From assembly GCA_036269355.1 (NCBI GenBank), contig DATASC010000100.1, positions 1,474 to 65,473 of the forward strand: a stretch of DNA of 64,000 bases, given 5' to 3'. This DNA is from Candidatus Cybelea sp. GTDB taxonomy: Bacteria; Vulcanimicrobiota; Vulcanimicrobiia; Vulcanimicrobiales; Vulcanimicrobiaceae. The first letter of the stretch is position 1. Each line of letters opens with the position of its first letter. The notes beneath the pieces are model-generated. The model saw only the letters and a program-made list of their open reading frames with translations, did not search any database and was not told where the DNA came from. Shown piece after piece: positions 1 to 9,578 of this stretch. The translations under genes and the position numbers were made by a program.

Positions 1-146
1 GGTCGTCGCCGCCGCGAGTGCGACGGCCAGGACGATCGCGAACGGAACGAAGACCGAGACGCCGGGCGAGAGCGCGAGCAGCAACGCGATCGCCGCGAGC
101 GCCCAAAGGAATCGCTCGCTGGGCCACGCCGGCAGCCAGACTCGTT

Positions 147-150
<4 letters not shown>
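1..150 (-). CDS. DUF58-like protein, N-terminal fragment (continues past window start)
   Basis: Minus-strand frame is open from TTG 150-148, forming a TTGA overlap with the MoxR stop. It translates to MKRVWLPAWPSERFLWALAAIALLLALSPGVSVFVPFAIVLAVALAAATT, i.e. two hydrophobic helices. The family call rests on position directly after MoxR. Confidence 0.4.
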
Positions 151-1105
<955 letters not shown>

Positions 1106-1109
<4 letters not shown>

Positions 1110-2068
1110 GCGTGCTCCTTTCGCAGGCGATAATCGTCGATAGCTCGAGCCACGACGTTGCGGTCGCCGGGGCGGCGGCGCGAACGGCGCATCAGCTCGG
1201 CCACCGCGGTGATGTAGTACGACGAGTCGCGCTCGTCGGGCGGGCTCGGAAGATATGGGGGTGCGAACGGTACGTTGGCACCGATCAGCGCAATCAGCGC
1301 GAGCGCCAGAACGATCCAGACCGCGGCGCGCACGGGCGCGGGAAAGACGCCCCACATCGTCGGGCTTTCGCTATAGCCGTGAGCGTACTCGTCGAAGACG
1401 ACCGTTCCGTGACCGGCGATGACGTTGTACGCGAATCGCAGGTTGTCCGCATCGCGCAGCTGTTGATTGCCGAAGAGCCGGGGCGCGGTTACGGCGATCA
1501 CCTCGCCGCGGCCGTATCGATACCACACGGCGACGATGCCTTTTGAGTTCGCGAGGAGCGGAATGCCGCGCTCTTTAAAGGGAAACGTCCAGTCGACCGA
1601 GCCGCGCACCCGCGAGACGCCCGCCGTGTACGCGTTACGCGCGAGAACGATCGCCTCGCCCGCGCCGGGCGTCTGCAGCGACGTTCCGACGCCGGGCGTT
1701 ACGTCTTGCGGTCCCGCAAACTCCGCATCGAGACCAACGAAACGCCCTCCTTTGCGAATGAAGTTGCGCAGCGCGTCCACGTCCCGCTCGCCGAGCGGCT
1801 TTGCAGCTGGATCGTCTTCGTAACCCGTGAGCACCAGTGTCTTCACCGACGGGTCCATTTCCGAAAGCTGCCGTTCGAGCCGCAGCACCGGAACGCCGGC
1901 TGCCCCGAGAACGCCATAAAGGGCGCGATATCCGTTGGGACCGGTGTCGTACGTCGAGTAGACCGAGGGTCGTTCTTTCGCCGCGATCGCAGTGCGTTCG
2001 TACGCGAGCGCGAGCAGCACCAACCCGCAGGCAGCGAGAACGATCAGGTCGAGACGCCGCGCCTTCAT
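1106..2068 (-). CDS. DUF4350-like membrane-anchored protein
   Basis: 320-aa ORF with N- and C-terminal TM helices (LIVLAACGLVLLALA, AAVWIVLALALIALIGA) around a soluble domain. ATGA overlap upstream and TTGA overlap downstream. Layout is typical of DUF4350 genes in MoxR/DUF58 operons. Confidence 0.7.
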
Positions 2069-2835
2069 GCTTGCGCGCCGCTCAGATTCTCAAACGCGCT
2101 GCGCGCGCGCTCCCACTGCGATTCGTCGACCGCTCGCTCGGCGTAGGCTCGCTGCACGAATGGCATCGCGACGATGTCGAACGGCGCGACGAGCGAGGCG
2201 CGATGCGCGCGCAAGCTCCGGCGCAGGTCTCCGACCGTCGCGCTCGATGCGGCATCGACTGCGCCCTGCCGGTCGAGCAGTGCGACGGTCGCCGCAAATA
2301 ACAGTAACGCCGCCGCGCCGTAATCTCCGCCGGCCGCCGCAGCACAGGCGCGCTTGTACAGCCCGCGCGGCGACGGCGGATCGGCCACTGGCGCGCTCTT
2401 CATTCGCAACGACGAACGTTCGAGCTGCACGCCGACGAAGACGCGGATGACGACGTAGAGGAAGAGTAAACCGATGAGAACCAGCAGCCCGTCGCCGACG
2501 TCGGCGGCCGCGGCGCGGCCGACGTGTGCTCGTCCGAAGAGCGCCTCCCAAAAGCGATGCCAGCGGTCGCCGATCCAATTCCAGGCGCGCTGCCACCACG
2601 TTTGGCCCATCACCGGAGCAGGAGGGCTGCCGATCTGATATCGTCCGCGAACCGAAAGCTCTCGCTGCGCGAGAGATCGTAAGTCGGGAAGTTTCGCCGC
2701 GGGATTCGAAACCGCGCGCGGCCCGGCATCGAGGCGCGCGACGGTGTGTGCACGATTTGCTTCGAGCCAGCGCCCGATCAGAGCTTCGCGCGACGGCGCC
2801 GCGAGCGCGAGGGTGATCGCGGCCGCGGCGATCAC
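2065..2835 (-). CDS. DUF4129-like membrane protein
   Basis: ORF 2065..3417 trimmed to GTG 2835 (GTGA overlap with upstream stop). N-terminal hydrophobic VIAAAAITLALAAP, central TM LLVLIGLLFLYVVIRVFV, and a C-terminal helical domain (YKRACAAAAGGDYGAAALLLF...TVGDLRRSL). Confidence 0.65.
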   Translation of the reverse strand: MIAAAAITLALAAPSREALIGRWLEANRAHTVARLDAGPRAVSNPAAKLPDLRSLAQRELSVRGRYQIGSPPAPVMGQTWWQRAWNWIGDRWHRFWEALFGRAHVGRAAAADVGDGLLVLIGLLFLYVVIRVFVGVQLERSSLRMKSAPVADPPSPRGLYKRACAAAAGGDYGAAALLLFAATVALLDRQGAVDAASSATVGDLRRSLRAHRASLVAPFDIVAMPFVQRAYAERAVDESQWERARSAFENLSGAQA

Positions 2836-3770
2836 GCCGGCTCGGCGGCGTTCAAGCGCTCGAGGCTCGCTTCGAGGTCGTACCCCTCGCGCCGGATGCG
2901 CACGTCGAAGTAATAAATCGCGAAGACTATCACGACGAACGGATTGATGACGGCGGTGGGAAGCGTTTGGACGATCGCCTGTAGCAGCGCCATGTGCAGC
3001 ATTGCGGCAAGTATTCCCAAGATACTGAACATCGTCGACGCGCCGAACGCAATCGCGCCCACGGCGATCGCGAAGAGCATCGCGCGCCAAAACTCGGTTC
3101 GGTTCAACACACGCGAGAAACCGAGTTGAAGCCCTGCGATCACGTCGCGCTCCTCGATCACGACCGCGTACATGGCGAAGGCGAGCGCGACCAGCAGCGG
3201 CGCGAGCAAGAGCAGCGCCAAGATGAAGATCACGAAGAACGCCAGTATCCCGAGGAAGACGCCGACGACCGGAACGACCGTTACCAGCGCCATCGTAATA
3301 AAAACGAAGGCCAGCACGACGAGCAAGACGACCAGGTACCAGCCGATTACCACGACGAACTCGAGCGCCATCAAGCCGATGATCTGCGGCCAGCGGTGCA
3401 GCACGGCCTCGTAACACGCGCGAAACTCCACCCGGCGGTCCCGATAGAGCCGCGCGACGCCGACCGCGACCGCGTTCATGACGAAGGGCGCGATCAAATA
3501 CGCCAAGAGCAGCACTAGCAGCGTCGTCACGATCGCCGACGGCGAGTCGAGGATGGTTGGGATATGTTCGGTGCGCGCGAGCTGCGGATTAGTCAAGACG
3601 CGCAACATCATTGCGTACTCCGGCCCCTCGGTAACCGCCAGAACGTACTCAAGAATTGCGAACGGCACGATTAAGACCATCACGATCGCCGCGAACGGAA
3701 TGAAGTTCCGGATATAGAGCGTCACGGCGCGGTCAAAGATCTCGCCGAATCCCAGGGGTCGCAACTCCAT
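2832..3770 (-). CDS. polytopic integral membrane protein (first gene of MoxR module)
   Basis: 312-aa ORF with about 6-7 long hydrophobic helices and a C-terminal YYFDVRIRREGYDLE tail. No catalytic motif recognised. Confidence 0.7.
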   Translation of the reverse strand: MELRPLGFGEIFDRAVTLYIRNFIPFAAIVMVLIVPFAILEYVLAVTEGPEYAMMLRVLTNPQLARTEHIPTILDSPSAIVTTLLVLLLAYLIAPFVMNAVAVGVARLYRDRRVEFRACYEAVLHRWPQIIGLMALEFVVVIGWYLVVLLVVLAFVFITMALVTVVPVVGVFLGILAFFVIFILALLLLAPLLVALAFAMYAVVIEERDVIAGLQLGFSRVLNRTEFWRAMLFAIAVGAIAFGASTMFSILGILAAMLHMALLQAIVQTLPTAVINPFVVIVFAIYYFDVRIRREGYDLEASLERLNAAEPA

Positions 3771-3793
3771 GGCCTTGGCGAGTTCTTGCTAGC

Positions 3794-4609
3794 TTACGCC
3801 AAAACCCCCGCGCCGCCGTCCAGGCGCGTCCACGCGCCGATCTGCAATGGTAGAAAGAGATGGCCCCCCGCGGCAAGCGTTTCGCGCTCCAGCCGCTCCG
3901 CGAACGAATCCGCATCGAGTTGCTCCGCGCCCCCAGCGTTCTTACGGTTTGCCGGTAAGAGCTCGCGCAACGCCGATTCGAAGAACGCGTAGCCGAGCGA
4001 ACCAGGACCGTGGACGACCCGTAGTTCGCTGCGCACGCCGGGCAGCGGCAGACCGGCTTCGGTAAAGAGGTTGACCAGCCGCAGGCCCATGTCGACGTGC
4101 ACGCCGGCGTCGCGCATCGTCGCGATCGACCAGCTCGCAAAACTGCGATAGAGCGGCACGTGCGGCCAATCCGACGTTTGCGACCAGAGGATCGAATCGT
4201 AGTGCCACTCTTGGAAGACGATCCGTCCGCCCTCGTGGACGAGACGCGCGGCAGCACGAATCGCCTCTGCCGGTTCGCGGTCGCGCATGAGATAGAACCG
4301 GCCGATCACGGCGTCGACGGGCGCCTCGAGATGAAGATCGCGCAGTTCTCCGGCGCGAAACTCGATGCGATCGAAGCCTTCGGCCTCGGCGCGGCGGCAG
4401 GCACGGTCGACGTTGCGCAGGTCTCCGTCGATTCCGATGACGGTTCCGTCGCGGCCGACGCGCTCGGCGACGAGCAGCGCGAGGTCGGCAAGATCGGGTC
4501 CGATGACCAGCACGCGCATTCCGGGGGTTATCCCCGCGCAGGCGAGCAGCTCTTGGGTGAGGGGTTGAGCGAAGGCGGCCTCGACGGCGGGCGTGCGTTG
4601 CGTTCTCAT
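3794..4609 (-). CDS. class I SAM-dependent methyltransferase-like protein
   Basis: ORF 3794..4831 trimmed to ATG 4609. Rossmann-like MRVLVIGPDLADLALLVAERVG...VIGIDGD...VDAVIGRFYL...GGRIVFQEW. Motif I is degenerate. Confidence 0.75.
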   Translation of the reverse strand: MRTQRTPAVEAAFAQPLTQELLACAGITPGMRVLVIGPDLADLALLVAERVGRDGTVIGIDGDLRNVDRACRRAEAEGFDRIEFRAGELRDLHLEAPVDAVIGRFYLMRDREPAEAIRAAARLVHEGGRIVFQEWHYDSILWSQTSDWPHVPLYRSFASWSIATMRDAGVHVDMGLRLVNLFTEAGLPLPGVRSELRVVHGPGSLGYAFFESALRELLPANRKNAGGAEQLDADSFAERLERETLAAGGHLFLPLQIGAWTRLDGGAGVLA

Positions 4610-4685
4610 GCTACCATTCTCGCTCGCCGGGGCGCCTGGGACCACGAAGATACTAACATTTTCGTCCCGAACGCTTGAAGGCACC

Positions 4686-7142
4686 GTGGCCGAGCCGCTC
4701 GGAGAGTTACTGCGCTCGCTTCGTTCCGCCGCTCTGCTCTCGCAGGAGGCACTCGCGGAGCGTTCGGGCCTCTCTACGCGCACCGTCAGCGACATTGAGA
4801 CCGGCTCCGCGCGAACCCCGCGGCTGATCACCGTGATGCTGCTTGCCGAGGCGATGGGTCTCTCCGAGCCGGATCGCGCGCGCCTTCAGGATGCCGCTCG
4901 CCGGCCGGCGGCGAGCCCGGTGGGAACCCGCCCGATCGCGTCGAGTCTTACACTGCATCCGGCCGCCCTTGTTGGGCGCGACCACGATGCCGAACAGGTC
5001 GGCGCGCTGCTCTTGCGCGACGACGTCGCGCTCCTAACGCTGGTCGGACCCGCCGGCGTGGGCAAGACGAGTCTTGCAACGCGCGTCGCGGTGGATCGCG
5101 TCGCCGCGTTTGAACACGGCGCCGCGGTCGCCGAGCTGGCGCCGGTCGCGGAGCCGTCGCAGGTCCCCTCGGCCGTGGCGCGGGCGCTCGGCATTCGCGA
5201 ATCGGGCGACACCGGCGCGACCGAGGCGGTCGCGGCGTATCTGCGCGATCGCACGATGCTGCTCGTCCTGGAGAACCTCGAACATCTCACGCCCGCTTCC
5301 GCGTGGATCGGCACGCTGTTGGCGCAGTCGCCGCGGCTGACGATTCTCGCGACCAGCCGGGAGCCGCTTCACTTAAAGGCGGAGCGTGTCTTCGCGGTAC
5401 GGCCGCTCGACAAAGCGTCGGCGGTGAAGCTTTTCGTAGAACGCGCGCAGATGGTCAATCCCGAGTTTGCGGTCAACGCCGGCAACGCAAACGCCGTCGA
5501 AACGATCGTCGGCCATCTCGACGGTTTGCCGCTTGCGATCGAGCTCGCCGCGCCGAGACTCTTACTCCTTCCGCCAAAGGCGCTCGCGGCCCGGCTCGAA
5601 CGCCGCCTCCCGCTTCTGGGTGACGGCGCGACCGACCGTCCGTTGCGCCAGCAGACGATGCATGGAGCGATCGCGTGGAGCTACGATCTGCTCTCCGAAT
5701 CCGAGCAGCGGCTCTTCCGGGGCCTTGGCGTGCTGCACGGGGGCGGAACGCTCGAGGCTGCCGCTGCCGTCGGCAGCGACGATCGCGACGAACGCTCGAT
5801 TCTCTTCCGGCTCGCGCCGCTCGTCGAGAAGAACATGCTTTGGCTCGCCGAGGATTCCGATGCGGAGCCGCGTGTTTCGATGCTCGAAACGCTCCGCGAG
5901 TTTGCGAACGAACAACTCGCCGAAACCGGCGAACTCGCCGAAGCCCAGCGCCGCCACGCGGAGTACATGGTGCACTTCACTGCCGGCGCCGAACGCGAAC
6001 TCTCGAGCTCATCGCAAGCGCGCCGCCGCGCGCAGTTGGAGCGCGATCATGCGAACCTGGCGGCTGCGCTCGAATGGGCGGCATCGAACGCGCAAGCGGA
6101 GATCGGATTCCGCCTTATTGCCGAACTGTGGCGATTCTGGTGGCTGAACGGATACCTTAGCGAAGGAACCGGGTGGATTCGACGCTTCTTGCCCCTGCGG
6201 AACGCAGCCGCGAGCAACGTGCCGGAGGTGCTGTACTGCAAAGTGCTGCGCGGACACGTTGTCCTGCTCTCGGCGCTCGGCAGTTTCGACGAAGCACGGG
6301 CATCGTGCGAAGAGGCGATCGCGCTGCAACGCGGTCTCGGCGACGAACGCGGGCTTGCGGCCTCGCTCACATCGCTCGGCGTCATCTATCAGTTCAGCGG
6401 CGAGTACGATCGTTCGGAGGAGGCGCACGCGGAGAGCCTCGCGATTCGGAGACAAATCGGTGACGAGGCCGGCATCGCCACGTCGCTCTCGAACCTCTCG
6501 TCGGTTGCCTACAGCAAGAACGATCTCGCGCGCGCCGCATCGTTCGGTGACGAAAGCGTGGCGATCTACCGCCGCCTCGGACACGAGTCCGGCATCGCGC
6601 ACGCGTTAACTAAGATTGGTTTGGTCGCGGCCGCTGAGGGCAATTATTCGCGGGCCGAGGAGATCTTCACCGAGTGTCTGCGCATGCAGCGCGCCGTCGG
6701 GAACACCGGGAGTATGCTCTACTCGCTGGTGAACCTCGGCGCCGCCGCGCACAAGCGCGGAGAGTACGAGCTTGCGATGGAGCGCTACCACGAAGCGCTC
6801 GAGCTGCTCGAGTCGACGCCGAATAAATCGGCGCTGGCCAAAACGCTGGAGGATATCGGTGCGGCCGTTGGAGCGCTCGGCGATCCCGCGCGGGGCGCGC
6901 GACTGTTCGGCGCCGCCGACGCACTTCGCCGCACGATTCATTCGCCGCTCTTTCCCTCGGATCGCGCGGAGTATGAAGCGGCGATCGCGTCAATGCGCGG
7001 TCAGCTGGGGGACGACGCGTTCGACGTACAGTGGCGCATCGGTTCGAGCATTACGCTCGAACGTGCGCTGGAAGAAGCGCGACAAACGCGAGTGCCGACT
7101 GCGGCGGACCGCAATCGGCACGTAGGCGCGTCTCACGTTTGA
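4686..7142 (+). CDS. XRE-HTH / NB-ARC (STAND) ATPase / TPR transcriptional regulator
   Basis: ORF 4593..7142. The likely start is GTG 4686, so that it does not overlap the divergent gene. HTH LSQEALAERSGLSTRTVSDIETG, P-loop LVGPAGVGKTSLA, and C-terminal TPR-like repeats (NLSSVAYSKNDLARA, LVNLGAAAHKRGEYELAMERY). Confidence 0.85.
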   Translation: MAEPLGELLRSLRSAALLSQEALAERSGLSTRTVSDIETGSARTPRLITVMLLAEAMGLSEPDRARLQDAARRPAASPVGTRPIASSLTLHPAALVGRDHDAEQVGALLLRDDVALLTLVGPAGVGKTSLATRVAVDRVAAFEHGAAVAELAPVAEPSQVPSAVARALGIRESGDTGATEAVAAYLRDRTMLLVLENLEHLTPASAWIGTLLAQSPRLTILATSREPLHLKAERVFAVRPLDKASAVKLFVERAQMVNPEFAVNAGNANAVETIVGHLDGLPLAIELAAPRLLLLPPKALAARLERRLPLLGDGATDRPLRQQTMHGAIAWSYDLLSESEQRLFRGLGVLHGGGTLEAAAAVGSDDRDERSILFRLAPLVEKNMLWLAEDSDAEPRVSMLETLREFANEQLAETGELAEAQRRHAEYMVHFTAGAERELSSSSQARRRAQLERDHANLAAALEWAASNAQAEIGFRLIAELWRFWWLNGYLSEGTGWIRRFLPLRNAAASNVPEVLYCKVLRGHVVLLSALGSFDEARASCEEAIALQRGLGDERGLAASLTSLGVIYQFSGEYDRSEEAHAESLAIRRQIGDEAGIATSLSNLSSVAYSKNDLARAASFGDESVAIYRRLGHESGIAHALTKIGLVAAAEGNYSRAEEIFTECLRMQRAVGNTGSMLYSLVNLGAAAHKRGEYELAMERYHEALELLESTPNKSALAKTLEDIGAAVGALGDPARGARLFGAADALRRTIHSPLFPSDRAEYEAAIASMRGQLGDDAFDVQWRIGSSITLERALEEARQTRVPTAADRNRHVGASHV

Positions 7143-7151
7143 GGTGGTCGT

Positions 7152-8201
7152 CTAGTGGAAGTTCCCTGACGGGGTCATCGCGACACCGTAGGTCTGGCCG
7201 CCACTGTTGAACGTGTTCAGCTGCTTCTTCTTCGGATAGCTGTACTCGACGACTCGGCCGTAGAAGCGATCGGCTACGAAGAGGCGGGTGGCTTTGCTGT
7301 TGAGCGTGATGAACTCGGGCGTGCCGCCGGTCACCTGTTGCGTCATGGAGTGGCCGGGAGTGATGTCGTCGACGCCGGGCACGTACTGGTCGACCGCGAG
7401 GAACTCAAACGGAACGCTTCCCGGAGAGTGCACCATCGTGATGCCGCCGGTTTGACCGAACGAGTATCCGCCAAGCTGCGTGCACGTCGAAGGGCCAGGA
7501 TAGCACGTTAGGAGACCGCCGGTGGCGAAGCCGCTGCCGTCGAGCTGGTACTCCAGTGCGTAGATCGAGGTCTGGCCTTGCTGCGTGGCATTCAGCAGCG
7601 TGAAGCCGGAGATCTCCATGTTTCGCTGCGGTGCGCTCCACGTAGTGCTCGGCGATGACGAGCCGGCCGGAAATTCAACGATGTAGTTGGTCGCCCCGCT
7701 GAGCGGCGTGTTGGATACGTAGACGTTGCCGAATCCGTCGACTTTGACGTCCCACGGTCCGTTCAGACCGCTGCTTAGCGTCATCTTCGGCGAGCTGGCG
7801 TTCTTACCGTAGACGGTGACGGTGTTGTTGTTATAGTTCGCGACGTAAAGGTTTCCGGAGAGGTCGGTTGCGAGACCGTTGGGGGCGACGACGCCTTGCG
7901 TGATCGTGCGCGTTGCGGGCGGATTCTGGGTGGTGCCGGCTGCGTTATATACCAAGACGCGGTTGTTTTCGTTATCGCTGACAAAGAGCTGCTGGCCTCC
8001 GCCGTCGGGATTGACGCGCTGGGCGGCCGAACCTTTAGCGTTAACGGCGGCCGGTACGTCGAGGTGAACCGAGCTGGGCGAGGCGGGAACTGCTGAGGGG
8101 AGCGAGGACGATGCGCCGCTGCAGCCGGCGAGCGGCTGCGAGAGGATGGCTGCGATCGCTACGGCGGTCACGGTGCGAAGCGACAGGTTGAGAGAAGTCA
8201 T
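7152..8201 (-). CDS. NHL-repeat beta-propeller lipoprotein
   Basis: Signal peptide with lipobox LAGC. NHL-like repeats PNGLATDLSGNLYVANYNNNTVTVYG and PWDVKVDGFGNVYVSN. Confidence 0.8.
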   Translation of the reverse strand: MTSLNLSLRTVTAVAIAAILSQPLAGCSGASSSLPSAVPASPSSVHLDVPAAVNAKGSAAQRVNPDGGGQQLFVSDNENNRVLVYNAAGTTQNPPATRTITQGVVAPNGLATDLSGNLYVANYNNNTVTVYGKNASSPKMTLSSGLNGPWDVKVDGFGNVYVSNTPLSGATNYIVEFPAGSSSPSTTWSAPQRNMEISGFTLLNATQQGQTSIYALEYQLDGSGFATGGLLTCYPGPSTCTQLGGYSFGQTGGITMVHSPGSVPFEFLAVDQYVPGVDDITPGHSMTQQVTGGTPEFITLNSKATRLFVADRFYGRVVEYSYPKKKQLNTFNSGGQTYGVAMTPSGNFH

Positions 8202-8465
8202 GGGAAGCGCCTTTCGTTTTCAGAGAAGTGGGGTATCTCGACCCTACCGCTCTCGACGACGCTAAACCATGAAGTTTCTAGACATTTCCCTGCTACAAGG
8301 GTACGGGAATGCCGTTGGCGCGATTCACGACAAAAGCGAGTAACGCGTCAGCGCGTATACGGCCGCCATAAGGAAGATGAAGTCGGCCGATGAGTGCCCA
8401 CTTCCGGACTCAGCGGCACGCCCAGAAGGCGGTTCGGAGCACCGTTTACAAACCTGCGCCAAAGT

Positions 8466-9578
8466 ATGAACCGTTCCCGCTTCATCTACTCCTCGCTCGG
8501 CGCGTCGGCCGTTCTGGCGGCGGGCGCCCGCGCGCGCGGGAGAGCAGCCGCTTCTAACGGCTCCGGTCTCGTGCCGGTGCGGATCGATCCCGGGCGCGTC
8601 ATCCGCACGATCGTCGGTCTGCGCCCGTATCGCGCGACGGGGTTCGTGTTGCGCGCGCAGCCGCTCGGCGAGAAGGTGATCGTGCACAACTACGGTCACG
8701 GCGGCGGCGGGTTCAGTCTCTCCTGGGGCTGCGCGACGCTCGCGGCCGACTTGGTCGCCGATCGCTCTCCGGCCGGCGCGGCGGTCTTGGGTTGCGGCGT
8801 GATCGGCCTGACGACGGCGCGCGTACTTCAGGAGCGCGGCTGGCAAGTCACGATTTACGCCGCCGATCTTCCCCCGCAAACCACCTCAAACGTCGCCGGC
8901 GCGCAGTGGACGCCGGTCACGGTCTTCGCCGCGAACCAGACGACGCCGCAGTTCATGGATGCGTTTCGCAAGGCGGCGCGCATCGCGAACCGCCGCTTTC
9001 AGCTTATGGTGGGTTCGACGTACGGGGTGCGCTGGCTCGACAACTACGTGCTCAAACACGGGTCGGAGCCGGGCGGCGAACTCGATTTCGCGCAATCCGC
9101 GGGCATCGCCGATCTCTACGCCGACGTCGAGACGGTCGATCCCGCCTCGGTGCCGTTCACGGGCTTTTCGAACATCCGGCGCTTCGCCACGATGCTGATG
9201 GAGCCGAACACGTTTCTGCCCGCCGTGCAGCGCGACTTTCTCTTGCAGGGCGGACGCATCGTCGTGCGCGACTTTCGCTCACCTTCGGAAATCGCGCGGC
9301 TGCACGAACGCGTGGTCTTCAACTGCACCGGCTTGGGATCGCGCGCGCTCTTCGGCGACACGATCCTCGAGCCGGTCCGCGGTCAGCTTACGATTCTCGA
9401 ACCGCAGCCGCAGGTCGACTACTGCTACCTCGCAAGCACGCCGCTGCTTTACATGTTTCCGCGCAGCGACGGCATCTTATTGGGCGGAACGTTTGACCGC
9501 GGCAACTGGTCGACGGCCGTCGACCTCGCGACGCAAGGCCGAATCCTCGCCGAACACGCCGCCGTTTTCAAAGCGTAA
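8466..9578 (+). CDS. FAD-dependent oxidoreductase of the D-amino-acid oxidase family, exported, apparently circularly permuted
   Basis: ORF 8394..9578 trimmed to ATG 8466. Signal-like MNRSRFIYSSLGASAVLAAGARA, then HNYGHGGGGFSLSWG (8685-8729), then GxGxxG VLGCGVIGLTTA with TTSNVAGAQWTP, then NCTGLGS...RGQ...GGTFDRGNWS at the C-terminus. Confidence 0.85.
   Translation: MNRSRFIYSSLGASAVLAAGARARGRAAASNGSGLVPVRIDPGRVIRTIVGLRPYRATGFVLRAQPLGEKVIVHNYGHGGGGFSLSWGCATLAADLVADRSPAGAAVLGCGVIGLTTARVLQERGWQVTIYAADLPPQTTSNVAGAQWTPVTVFAANQTTPQFMDAFRKAARIANRRFQLMVGSTYGVRWLDNYVLKHGSEPGGELDFAQSAGIADLYADVETVDPASVPFTGFSNIRRFATMLMEPNTFLPAVQRDFLLQGGRIVVRDFRSPSEIARLHERVVFNCTGLGSRALFGDTILEPVRGQLTILEPQPQVDYCYLASTPLLYMFPRSDGILLGGTFDRGNWSTAVDLATQGRILAEHAAVFKA

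Noticed and set aside
8271-8289. GAAGTTTCTAGACATTTCC upstream of lipoprotein 7152-8201 as a third copy of the GGAAATGTG.ACTTC element
   Set aside because: Only the GGAAATGT and ACTTC ends match, the spacing differs (6 extra nt), and the orientation is opposite. This is too weak to count as the same motif.
9568-9578. Identical 11-nt convergent gene overlaps at 9568-9578 and 24503-24513, each pairing an exported enzyme with a repeat lipoprotein
   Set aside because: The overlapping sequences share no similarity (…TTCAAAGCGTAA… versus …CTACCGGCTGA…), so this is most likely coincidence arising from compact gene packing.
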